A stretch of 62,217 bases of DNA, the filler included, from Porpidia crustulata (taxonomy: Eukaryota): assembly GCA_964255105.1 (NCBI GenBank). It is 8 parts of 8 records of this genome, joined end to end, with 100 filler letters (N's around TTAATTAATTAA, not from the genome) between each part and the next. Parts side by side here need not be neighbours in the genome. Positions count along the whole stretch, not along the records: positions 46,755 to 54,440 come from CAXUWE010001261.1; positions 54,541 to 62,217 come from CAXUWE010001262.1; 6 more parts are not named here. The stretch is one strand, 5' to 3'. This document shows, piece by piece, positions 50,371 through 62,217 of the stretch. Position 1 is the first letter of the stretch, and each line of letters begins with the position of its first letter. Below the pieces are notes generated by a model. It was not told the DNA's origin. It saw only the letters and a list, made by a program, of their open reading frames with translations, and ran no database searches. The translations under genes were made by a program, and so were the position numbers.

Positions 50371-53300
50371 ATGGCTGTACGTGCCTCGCCCACCGGGCAC
50401 GTCCACTCCCAGACCAACGGCTTTGGTCATTCTAATAGATCAAGCTCTGTGTACTCAGACACGTCGAGCTGGGCTGGAAGTCAAGCAGGAGACATGAGTA
50501 ACGGGGACCTAAGGCCAACGCCGCGGTATCCCCACATTAAGGATCTCCAGGCCAAGGCCGATACCGTACGAAAGACTGTTGGTGCCCACACACCGGTAGG
50601 TATTTGACCTTTGCTCCTTGTCGTTGCGGCAGCTCTTGAAAGATACTACGATCGGCACTCTCTGACACGTTACAATATATAGATTCGGACCCTTTTAAAT
50701 CACGCAGAGGACACCGCAAAACAAGCCATGATAGACATTGAGTTTAAAAAACCTGATCGAGCCTACGTCGAGTATCTTATAAGTTCCGATCTGCTTCTCT
50801 ACCTCATACCCAAGCACAGAGATTACCCGTTGGTGGATACCGACCGTGGAGGATGGCAGAGGCGGCACAAAATCCTATGTAAGGTAAGTCGCACAGATGC
50901 CACGGCTGCACAAGTCTCACGATCGATTAAATGCGTCGAGTTTCGTTATGAGATCATCCATGCAGTGGTAAAAAGTGCATAAAACGCTAACGGGCCCATA
51001 TCAGGATAATAACAATCAGCATGAGATGTTCAAAGATATTTACAACATGATTGTTGACGATAATCTCAAAAGTGGAATAAGACCCTCGAATGGTGCTTCA
51101 ACAGGCGACAACCCCAAAGTTTTGAATGATCGAGTTCGTTACACAGAAGGTCCTAATCCGCGCCCACAGTCAATGATCGCAAAACCAACGTCTACTTTCA
51201 GAGATGCTGACGACTTATACATAACAACCGCTCCACATCCTACGTCCTACGGTGATGAAAGACGTTTCTCAAATCAAGAACACTCTTATCCTCAGTCAAG
51301 CATATTGCTACGGAAACAGAGGCCAACTGTGCGTCCCAAACCCGAGAGCTTGCAGAGTCAAAGTAGAATCATCACCGGGCCGTCTCACCTCACGTCAGGG
51401 GACTCGCTTGCAGAGAGGTTCTCGCAGCTGAGAGTGCAGCCACGAATTGTGCAAACACGAACAGAGTCTGAAGCTCCGCAGTCGCAATCTGGGACCTTCT
51501 TTGAAATGCCATCACCAACAGATTATGCGCCATCAACTTCCGATAATTCCTTTTCTTCGATCCATCACAGCCGTCCAAACTCGGACTACCTATCCTCCAC
51601 GGGCAAAGCTCCAGGCTTTCATACACTGCCACCGCCCCCACAAAATCCTCCGCATCCGCCCAAGATCCCTCTTGAAATAGGGCTTGATACGTCCTTACCC
51701 AGGACCCCGAGCCCCGCGTATAATCCTTCGAAGAACTATCAATCTTCAAGCAGTACTGTGGTTCCTCAATTAAGGACAAGCTCGAACCTGCGATCTTCAC
51801 AGCTTGGTATAGGTGTCTCTACTACGACCGAGGGAAGCGAAGGCTCATATGTAATTTCGCAACAAAATAATCCCGGCAATGGGGTTAGGCTTACTAGGAC
51901 CGTATCTCCCGACCCACCTCCTACAACAATCACGGCAAAAGAGCTGTACGACCACCTCAAAGCCTACAAAGTCCTTGTAATTGATGTTCGGAGCCGTGAG
52001 GAATTCGATCAGGGCCACATATTCGCAAAATCCGTTGTATGCATTGAACCTTTGAGCCTAGGATCCGGCATATCCGCTGAGGAACTTGAAGATAGACTGG
52101 TCGTCTCCCCAGGAGCCGAACAGGCTTTGTTTGAGCAAAGGAACGAATTTGATCTGGTGGTCTATTATGATCAGAAGACACGCTCGACAGCGTTCCTCGC
52201 TGGAGGCCCGACCAGCAACGTGGCATCTGCCCTGAGAGCTTTGCACGATACTATATACGAGTTCAACTACTACAAGCCTTTGCGCCGACCGCCAATAATG
52301 TTGATGGGAGGCATAGAGGCCTGGGAGGACCTTGTCGGGCGTAATGGTCTTGCAACATCGAATACAGCTGCTTTGGTGGGCTCAACAAGGCCTCGTACTC
52401 TTGCCAGGAAGCCAGGGCGGCCCCTCGGTAGGGTGCCTATGGCTAGCTCGAACTCGTACCTAGAAGTTCGTAAGCGAAGATTGAGGGAGTACAAACCGCT
52501 GAACGCAGACGAGGAGAGAACATGGCTCGAAACGGCGCGTAATGAAGAAGTTCAAAGTGAAGACTACCAACATGCACAGAGCGACGGCGATACAGACTCA
52601 AATCATTCATACACGGACGAACCAATCTCACCATACATTCAAAGTTACGAGCAGTTTCTGCGTAGGTTTCCCGAGCCAGCAGGAATTGGTAAACAGTCTA
52701 TGATGGTAGCAAGACCTCCGCCACCTCCTGCCAGGCTAGCTCCCTCAATGCCAACAGTTCCATCTCGACCGCCTCCGGCAGTCCCTCGTCCCAGCTACAG
52801 TGGAGTATCCGAACGAGAATCATCGGGCATGTCTCCTACCTCGCGGCAACCGACATCCGCTCAACCACCACTCTATACATCAAAATCCATCTCGCACTAC
52901 CTCAAACTTCCCCGAACAGGACTCATCAACTTTAGCGTGACATGCTATATGAACGCCACAATCCAGTGCCTTCTCGCTACGATTCCCCTTTCTCAATTCT
53001 TCCTCGATAACAGATGGCGCGACTTCACTCAAAAGAATTGGAAAGGTTCCAACGGCATCATGCCTGATTTGTATGCCAACCTTATCCGCAATCTTTGGCG
53101 CGGCGAAGTCCAAGCCATCCGCCCTAGCTCATTTCGCCAATTTTGCGCACGCCTAAACCGGGAATGGGGTGTCGACAGACAGCAAGATGCAAAAGAATTT
53201 CTAGACTTTCTCCTTGATTGTTTGCACGAAGACCTCAATATCAATTGGGAACGAAGTCCTCTCCGCCCCCTCAGCACCACCGAAGAATTACGCCGGGAGA

Positions 53301-54001
53301 ACACGCCTATGCAGATCGTCTCGAAAATCGAGTGGGAGCGCTACTCCCACCGCGAATCCTCTTTTATTTCCAGTCTCTTTGCCGGCCAGCACGCTTCTCG
53401 TCTTCGTTGCACCACCTGCCAACGTACCTCCACCACCTACGAAGCCTTCTACAGCATCAGCGTTGAGATCCCTCGATCCGGCCGCGGCGACATCTACGAG
53501 TGCCTCCGAAGCTACTGCCAGGAGGAAATGCTCAGCAAAGACGAGATGTGGAAGTGCTCATACTGCAAGTGCGAGCGCGAAGCCACCAAGCAAATCACCA
53601 TCACCCGTGCCCCGCAGGTGCTCGTCGTCCACTTCAAACGCTTCTCGGCTTCCAAGACCGAGTCCGCCAGGAAAGTGCACACGCCCATCCACTTCCCGCT
53701 GCACGGGTTGAACATCGAGCCCTACATGGTGCCGCCCTCGCCCGATCCAGACTTCCGAAACGATCACCCGGCGACCACGCCGCCGTTCCTGTACGACGCG
53801 TATGCCGTCATGCGACATCTCGGGTCCTCGGGCAACGGAGGGCATTACATTTCGTTGGTGCGGGACGCGGCGCGGAATTGCTGGCGCAAATTCGACGACG
53901 AGAAGGTGACGGACTTCGATCCGAGGAACCTGAAGCCGGAGCAGCGACTGCAGAACGAGCAGGCGTATCTGGTGTTTTACGGGCGCTCGGCTGCGCGGTG
54001 A
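50371..54001 (+). CDS. DOA4: Ubiquitin-specific protease Doa4/Ubp4 (USP8-like: N-terminal helical domain, rhodanese-like domain, UCH domain), 3 exons
   Basis: KPDRAYVEYL. Rhodanese-like VLVIDVRSREEFDQGHI..CIEP and LMGGIEAW. Cys box TGLINFSVTCYMNATIQCL, QQDAKEFL, His box RHLGSSGNGGHYIS...WRKFDD and AYLVFY. Confidence 0.9.
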
Positions 54002-54440
54002 ACTTCATCGAGCTCCTAGCGGTTTCAGCCCATATCTCACTGTAGATTTTGACGCGCAAGGTCATCTACCGCTTTTTCCAAAGAAGCGAAGAGCGCAAGT
54101 CGGCTTCCTTAAATGGGTCATCAGCGAGACAAGACTTTCTTTGTACATAGCTACGTGCGTTTTTTTCACGGGTTAGGAAGAACTATCATTACGACCGGAA
54201 ACGCATCATGTTTGGCGTTTTGTGTGGCCCCCCCCCCCTCTGTCGGGGGTATATGGCTCTGGGTTTTGCAGCGGCATTTCGATACGCTTTCACGACAGGG
54301 TTGGGACGGGGCAGGTAGCATTTGAGGCGGAGTTGAGGGAGGGCTTGGAGCGTATGGCTTGGGTGGATGGGGGGTTTGTAGACTAATCAGAGGGTTTTTC
54401 GTGATGTTGTAAGGGGGTGGAATAAATAGTTGCTCGATTA

Positions 54441-54540
54441 NNNNNNNNNNNNNNNNNNNNNNNNNNNNNNNNNNNNNNNNNNNNTTAATTAATTAANNNN
54501 NNNNNNNNNNNNNNNNNNNNNNNNNNNNNNNNNNNNNNNN
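54441..54540. other. Artificial contig-joining spacer
   Basis: 44 N + TTAATTAATTAA + 44 N. Confidence 0.98.
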
Positions 54541-55250
54541 CACGCGCCCTGTGCATAATAAGGTTTATCTTAATTTCATCTTCAAAGGGGTAATAAGTGC
54601 GGACTTGTAGAGTAACCCGGGTAATGGGTAATGGGAAATTGGGGAAGGGGGAAGTTGTCGGAACCCCTGCAGGACGCTTGTTGCGCGTTTCAAAGGCTTC
54701 CCCACATAAGATATCTAAGCTTAGATAGAACGGTTCACAGGTCAGGGGAAAAGACACGGAAAGTATATCTCGCCGCTACCTTATCTTCAACCCGCTCTCG
54801 TATCATCTATTAAAGTCCCTGTACCTCGCAATTCTATCCTTAGCGGAACGGCAGCAGTAGTATGGCCAACTCCTCACTATGTTGACAGGATTGTTGGTAG
54901 TTGGAAAAAGCCATGGCGTTCGTCATTGGCGAGAGCCGAGCGTTCAGGCTTCGACGTGGCCAGGCAACTCCAAGATATCACAGTGCCTGCTCAATCTCGC
55001 TGCTCAATGGATCACTTAGGGGGTTGATTTGTGGGAGGCTGGTCACAGCGTGACTGGAACTTGGAAGACGGCCATGTTTTAACGGTTGATGCTGGGGCAG
55101 GCGTTAACTAGCAGTACCCAGTACCAACTGTCCAGAAGAAATCAATGCTGGCTCCAGCTCCGCACCAATACATCGCTGATGAACCAGACTCGCTCAAAGA
55201 ACAATATGTACGATTGCGATCCCTCCTCGGACTCCAAACCCCAGCGTCGC

Positions 55251-57677
55251 TCACCCATCACAGTAGCCCGGTTCTCTCTCAGACCCACGAGCCCAGCTCT
55301 TGAGAGTGAGCGTCGTGGTGTAGACCATGCCCACGAGGCCGAAAATGCACAATGAAATGTCTGCCAATTGCTGCTTCCGTGATTGCGCCACCGCTTTGAG
55401 GTGAAGGAGGGGCTACACCATTTCGTCAGAAGGGACACGACAACATTCAACGTGGATGCTACTCACGGGATAGACGTAGACAAGCGGTACGCAGGCAAAG
55501 CTGCCCACGATTGCCACGAACTTGTCAAGATCTCCCGCTCCGCCCCACGCGATCAAGGCACATACCATGACCAGGATGAACCGGAAGGCGTTTTTCTTCC
55601 ACTTGATGTACGGATTGTACTTTCCGCTGCGGGTGAACAATTCATTTTCCATGATCCGGATTGCTGGGAAGAGCTGAAGCGGCGTCGACAGTAGAATTGC
55701 GAGGGAATAGAGAAATTGCACAGCGTTGACAAACTTATCGTCCTGAGGCAGATTGAGTAGAATGACCGTCTTGGTGGCCGATCCAAAAGCAGCATAGGAT
55801 ATGGCACCCATTCCAACAAAGATGGCAGTAATCCCAATCATGACGCCGGCAAGCACAGATGGGAATTTCGAAGGCTGCTTCATCGACTCCTGTATAGGAA
55901 TAATGAGACCGACGCCCTCGAAAGTAAAGATCGCTGTACCAATGAACAGTGTCCAATCCCGCGGATTGAAATTGGCAATGTCTGCGACTCCATTGTTGAC
56001 AAGCGTGCTAATATCGTAATATGAAAGATAAAGAAGGCCTGCCAAGATGAAAGCGTCTGCAATCAAAGCGGTACCCCCTAATTTACTGATATCTCGAATT
56101 AAGGAAAGCGGCAGGAAGATGACGAGCTGCAGTAAGACCATGAACTTAATGTCAATCCAACTTCTGCAGTTGGATACTGCAAGAACGAACGCTTGCAAGT
56201 TCTCGGAGGTGAAGACAACATAAGCAGAGACAAATCCGACCTGGCTGAGTGCAACGGAGCATAGAATCAAAGCACGCATATATTTACCATATAGAATTCC
56301 ACCCATGTCTCCAAACGAGCCTTCGATCTTCAGGCGAGTATTGACAAGTAAAATAAAGCAATAGTAGCTTAGACCTGCGACCGCGAGTAGCACAACGTTG
56401 CTGAAGAGCATGCCTCCATTGAGATATGCCTTGGGCAGAAAAAGTACCCCTGTACCAACAAATGACTTGAGGAGCAATAGAGCCGCCCCGACAGCACTAT
56501 TGGTCCCAGTAGCGCCCCGTTCTTTATGTTTTCGTTTCCGGCGTCCTGGCGTGCCTGGTGTGAGGAGAGCGCTGCCCTCACCCAGTTCGCGGTCCTCTCC
56601 GTCACCACCATCGGATCCAAGAAATTCAGCATCTTCGTATGCATCCGATGAAAAGTATTCATTAGAGTCCAGGGCCTCGTCATCTTCTTCGAGTTCTTCT
56701 CCCGCAAAATGACCGTAAATGGTGAGAAATTCAATGAAGTTCCTAGTGATGAACCGAGGCTGCTTCCTCTCTTGAACGGCGCTTTCTAAGCCATTAGGCG
56801 GATCCCTTCGTGATGGCGATGGACTTGGAGCTTTTCGCCGAAGGTAATCTCTGCGGAACCCGCCAGGGACTTTGATGGAATTGATGTCAAGGACAGAGCT
56901 TTCCGGTTGCGGACGAGAGATGTGATAGCTCTGACTCCGTTTCGCTCGACCTCCAAACCGCTGCGACTCAGCACCTTCCGTCCACTTGTAGACCTGGCGT
57001 GTAACGTCGCCGCCCTGTAACTGCAGACTCGAAAATTCGTCGTCACCAAGCCCCATTGACGCGCTAACGTGTCTTTCATGACCCAAGCTAGCCTCATCAG
57101 GTTTACTTTGTAGTACGTCTGGGGATTGTTCCCTGTCTTCGTCACCGTTGTCAAGCTTCAAGGCTTGTACCAAATGCCTCTTCACAACTTCAGGATCCTC
57201 ATTCGGCGCTGACGGAATCCAATCATGGGCACCCTGCACAGACCGGGTGTCCAAAGAGCCATAGGTGCTTTGGTTTCCACTGCTTTGTAAAGCTTCTCCT
57301 GCGGCAGCTGGCGCCAATGGTTGCAGAGAAGGTGTCTCAAATCTCGGTGGAGTCCCAAATCTTGGCGGGCTCCTCCCAAACGAACCTTGTAACGCCGCCG
57401 CAAGAACTGAGTGACCTGGACCCGGTAAAGAATTGGAACCCTCGGCACCTGCAAGTGGGGATTGCGTTCCCGTATTGAGCTGACTCGGGGTAGGGACCTG
57501 GGAGACAGATGGAGGAGGGAAGTTCCCATTTGAGGCTGCTGGCGATGACACTAGACGTGCGATAGAAGTGGCTCGGGAATCCACTGCTGGCGACCTGCCT
57601 CTAGAGCCCTCAGGCGAGGAGGAGCTAGGTACAGGGCGTGGCCTCGCAGCAGATGAGGCATGTCGTTGACCGGACAT
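55251..57677 (-). CDS. AVT3: Vacuolar amino-acid exporter Avt3/Avt4 (AAAP family), 2 exons
   Basis: Motifs LQLQGGDVTRQVYKW, VPGGFRRDYL, FITRNFIEFLTIYGHFAGEEL, LLLLKSFVGTGVLFLPKAY, FIGTAIFTFEGVGLIIPI and ILLSTPLQLFPAIRI. The last exon reads PLLHLKAVA...PGYCDG*. Avt3 versus Avt4 is not resolved. Confidence 0.9.
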
Positions 57678-58559
57678 AGGATGTTGTCAGGCACGAAATC
57701 TGGCTTCACCAGAGACAGATGGGATCGCAGTACGAAAGCTTTAAGCCTTCGAGGTCACCGGTATCCCATTATTCTTCTTGATTTCCTTATAGTTAAAAAA
57801 AAAGGATAGATAGATCACGCGAGATATGGATTGTCAGCGTGACTTAATCCTGCGAATAGGCTATTGAAGGACACGGTAGCTTCTAGGTCCCTTCTCGTGA
57901 TCGTTCAGATGTATGGATATAGACGCACAAACAAATACAATCTCGAGTATTGTGTATAAGACGGGGATAGAGCTCCTGTTAACGTCTGTCAATAAATCTG
58001 ACGTTTGGCTGCTCAGAACCGTGGGCTGGCTGGGCAACTTAAAATACCAACTGGAAACCTCCATGGTGGGGTGCGCGGCTTCCACGGAAAGTCGCAGTCT
58101 CCAACGCCCGGGAACAGCCGAGGAATTAGCGCCGCATATCGACGTCAATCTCACCTGGGGAGGAGAAATAAGAGGAGGAGAGAGGTAGGCTCATATGGGA
58201 CTAGGTAGAAGTACTGGAAGTACTTCTACTTAGCAACCGACATACTCCGCACTGCTTCCCTCTTTCAAGACTGCGATTGCTGTGATGTCCATCAGAAGTC
58301 TAAGTGACTTCAATGTGTCGTCATCGTAGCAGCTAAAGCTATCGACTCCCCTTCTTTCTGTCAGCATGTCACAACTCGTAGACCATTATAGACTTGACGT
58401 CGAAGTATTACTTCGTCGAACAACGAAGAGTATCAGCATCCATCCAGAAGAGATGTATTGGAATCGCGTTTGAAAGATCAGGTTATGCTGTGGGCATCGG
58501 TCGAGCAAAGACTAATGGGACGGTCGATATAAATATATATCCTCTGTCCTCCTAGCGAC

Positions 58560-61500
58560 ATGGCGGACTCCCCAAATCAAGAACAAACCCCACTACGGCA
58601 TTCAGATGTCTCTAGAAATCCATATGAGCCCCTAAACTACGATTCTCAGCCCTCACCGCGCCATCACGAGTTGACAAAGAAGTTACTTGGGTCTTTCGAC
58701 AACGGTAGTGGGTTACCTTCTCCTTCGCGGAGATTCAATAGTGGAAGACGTAGATCTGGACATCTATCTTTAGCAGACACTTCATTAACGGCGCAGATGC
58801 ACAACCATCCAGAAGTGAAAGGCGTCGAGAATGTAACACCCAAGATTGGCTCATTGCCCAGACCAGTTGGCGGTTCAGACAAACTCGGAACTTTCTCCGG
58901 GGTTTTTGTGCCGACTACCCTAAATGTCTTGAGCATCTTAATGTTTTTACGATTTGGGTTTATTCTGGGGCAAACCGGTGTCATTGCAATGATGGGGATG
59001 CTTGTAGCTTCTTACTTGATCAATCTCGTTACTACATTGTCTTTATCTGCAATTGCTACCAACGGGACTGTTCGCGGAGGCGGAGCTTACTATCTGATAA
59101 GTCGCTCCTTAGGGCCTGAGTTTGGCGGTTCCATTGGTGTTGTTTTCTATCTCGGTTTCGTATTCAATACTGGCATGAATGCTGTTGGTCTGGTCGATTG
59201 CGTGAAACAGAATTTTGGGGCCCTATCAGGCGACTGGGCCAGGTGGCTGCCTGAAGGCTTTTGGCTAGATTATCTCTGGGCAACTGTCATTCTTGTCGTC
59301 TGCACTGCTATTTGTCTGGCAGGTAGTGGCATCTTTGCTAGATGTAGTAATGGTCTTCTTGCATTACTACTGATTGCTACATTCAGCATACCAATGTCTG
59401 CCCTGGTTCTGGAGCCTTTTCAAATTCGGGAACTAGGGATCGAATACACGGGGCTAAGCGCGAAAACTTTCATGGGAAATCTCCTTCCTAAGTTTACGAG
59501 ACATGCTGACGGAAGCCAATTACATCGCCGGGAGAATATCCAGCATCTATTCGGGATTCTATTTCCAGCCACTGGAGGCATTTTCGCGTAAGTTCAATAA
59601 ATCTAAATGTTAGAATTTGCGAGGGATATCGGCTTACACGAAGACCCCTGCAGTGGAGCAAGTATGTCAGGAGATCTAAAGCACCCGAGTAAAGCTATAC
59701 CAAAAGGCACTCTCGGCGGGCTTGGTCTCACGTTCGTAGTCTACACCCTCGTTATCCTAGCCATGGCTGCCACAATCACAAGAGAATCGTTTTACAATGA
59801 TGTGAATATTGTTCAAGACGTAAGTAGGCTTGAATATCCTTCCTTTTGCAACTGGTTATTTGTGTTTACTAACTTCTTCTACATTTTTAGACCAACATTT
59901 CAGGCGTACTTGTGCTTCTTGGAGAATTTGCTACGACATTCTTTTCCTCGCTGATGGGCGTCATCGGCAGCGCCAAGTTACTACAAGCCCTTGCGCGTGA
60001 TAATCTTCTTCCTGGGTTTTCGATCTTCGGTCAGGGCACCAAGGATTATGACGAGCCGACGTATGCTATCATCCTCACACATTTGATCGGTCAGTTTACT
60101 ATGCTGTGTGATGTGAACCAGATTGCCACTTTAATAACAATGAGCTATTTGATGTGCTTTGTCACCATGAACGTTGCTTGCTTCTTGCTTGCTATTAGTT
60201 CGGCACCAAACTTCCGACCCTCCTTTCGCTACTTCAACTGGTGGACTGCAGGATTTGGAGCGCTTGTCAGTGGTGCCACTATGTTTTTCGTTGATGGCGT
60301 CTATGCCATTGTCTGTATTAGTCTTTTGGTGTTCGTTTTCCTCATTGTTCATTACACATCACCGCCGAAGTCATGGGGAGATGTTTCTCAAAGCTTGATC
60401 TACCACCAAGTCCGCAAGTACTTGCTCCGTCTTCGACAGGAGCATGTGAAGTTTTGGCGGCCCCAGATCCTGCTGTTTGTAAACGATCCTCGCCATCAAT
60501 ATGAGCTTACTCAATTCTGTAACTCCTTGAAAAAAGGTAAGCACTATTTCGGGCTCTCAAGACGCACATATTGATCTTGCATAACAGGCGGTCTGTTTAT
60601 ACTGGCTCACGTTATCGTGGCTAGCGATTTTGGAAGTGCAGTACCAGAAGCACGTCGTCAGCAAGCAGCTTGGAAGAAATATATAGATTTCACAAAGGTC
60701 AAGGCATTCGTAAATATCGCAATATCTCCAGCTGTCGAATGGGGCACAAGGAATCTTGTGCTCAGCGCCGGGCTTGGTGGCATGCGCCCAAACATTGTGG
60801 TTATGGGTGCTTATAACTTGAATGAGTTCAGGAAGACTCAACCCCTCGTTAACGTGCCGTCCATGTCAACGCCAAAAATGGAAGGTGGAAATGCGTCCCG
60901 CGCCCAGGAATCTCCAGAAAATGGCAAACAAGGAAATCTTCCAACAGATGATTGTCGGACCGAGGGTGCCGTCGGTATCCAAAGCTATGTTGCTATTTTG
61001 GAGGATTTGTTACTGCAAGTACAAATAAACGTAGCAGTTGCCAAAGGATTTAAAAATCTCGAATTTCCACGGCCAAATGGAGAAAATACGAAGAAATATA
61101 TAGATCTCTGGCCAATCCAGATGTCCGCGGAAATCGCAACAGAGGGAGGCGAAAAGAAGCAGAATATTTTGACTACCAATTTCGACACTTACACCTTGAT
61201 CCTTCAGCTTGGCTGCATACTTAATACTGTACCGGCCTGGAAAAAGGTATATCAATTGCGAGTTGCCGTGTTTGTTGAGTACGAGTCCGACGTTGAAGAA
61301 GAACGTGGCCGAGTCAAAACTTTGCTCGACAATCTTCGAATCCATGCAGAAATCCTCGTCTTTTGGCTTGCATCCGGTGATAGTAAGACGTATCAAGTAA
61401 TTGTCAACGGTAACAGCAATGCGGCCGGCAAAGGCGCAGAGAAACTCGTCAATGATGTCCTACAGGACGAGGAGTGGTGGCAGGATATCCTAAAACTTAG

Positions 61501-62217
61501 AGGGCTCCCTGAAGATCTGAGTGCAGTAGAAGAATTGGCTGGAGCACGAGATCTTTTGAGCGCAACGCCCAATTGGCCCAGCTCCTCATTCCAGCATGGC
61601 AGACGCGGTTCCCCGGCGGAACGATTCCAAGGCCTCAAAAGATTGATACGAAAGTCAAAGAGGCGGCGGTCCGTTGGTGGTCTCAGCGAACTAGGGGTAA
61701 GGCCCGGGATGCGAACCCATAGGCTACATGATGATCTGATCCATCGGCATGCCAGCCACGCGAGCGCTAGTGAGGACTCTGACAGCGAAGATAGCAATTC
61801 TGGGGAATCCGGGGCCGGTGATGGTATATCGACATTTAGCAAGGGAAGTGCTGCAACTGAGAACGATATCAGTGACTACGAAGAAGAAGACGAAGATGAA
61901 GCTATTCCTACAAGTGCCCGCTCTCGAATCACACGGAGACGTAGCCAAGGCGACTCCATTCGAGGCCCGAAAACTCCCAGGAAGACATCGCCAAGAGAAA
62001 GCCGCTTCAAGGCTCTAATCGCAACCGACAAAGTACAACACCCAGCACCTTCAAAAGCAGCCCCACCGACCACGCAACCTCCTCTCAAATCCAACCTCCT
62101 ATCCGCTTCCCCTCCTTCCAATGCACCGCCCAAACCCTCCCCGACCCCCCGCCCCCGCATAATCCGCCACTCCACCGCCGCCGCCCGCTTCTCCTCCAAC
62201 CCCGTCCCCCGCACCAC
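58560..62217 (+). CDS. VHC1: Cation-chloride cotransporter (SLC12, Vhc1-like), multi-exon; runs off the window end
   Basis: Motifs KLGTFSGVFVPTTLNVLSILMFLRFG, TNGTVRGGGAYYLISRSLGPEFGGSIG, FPATGGIFA/GASMSGDLKHPSKAIPKGT, SAPNFRPSF, HVKFWRPQILL, GLGGMRPNIV and YIDLWPIQM. Confidence 0.93.

Overview
This is filamentous ascomycete (Pezizomycotina) genomic DNA with short spliceosomal introns. It is not one continuous locus: eight contigs are joined by identical artificial 100-nt spacers (44 N + TTAATTAATTAA + 44 N), and the contigs are ordered by decreasing length (7698, 7697, 7692, 7690, 7690, 7687, 7686, 7677 nt). Gene adjacency is therefore meaningful only within a contig. Contig 1: FAD1 (5' part), TAP42, Dicer-like DCL1. 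Contig 2: PEX7 (5' part), a CUE-AlkB-GRF dioxygenase, a JMJD5-like JmjC protein and an F-box-like hypothetical protein. Contig 3: a Cys-rich single-pass surface protein and a HeLo-like/NACHT/ankyrin fungal NLR. Contig 4: M18 aminopeptidase and RAD9/Crb2. Contig 5: SLA1, a DAL5-family MFS transporter and a probable Fot1/pogo transposon end. Contig 6: a RIP-like relic, a PTH11-like membrane protein, a ~146-bp tandem repeat and a CYP7-like P450. Contig 7: VPS27 head-to-head with DOA4. Contig 8: AVT3/4 head-to-head with a VHC1-like cation-chloride cotransporter. No clearly novel system can be demonstrated from the sequence alone. The best leads are (i) a CC/GG-directed, non-canonical RIP-like mutation signature visible in the tandem repeat and neighbouring DNA, (ii) the PTH11-like + CYP7-like gene pair, (iii) the VPS27-DOA4 divergent pair acting in one pathway, (iv) the NLR and (v) a 6-nt microexon in the P450.
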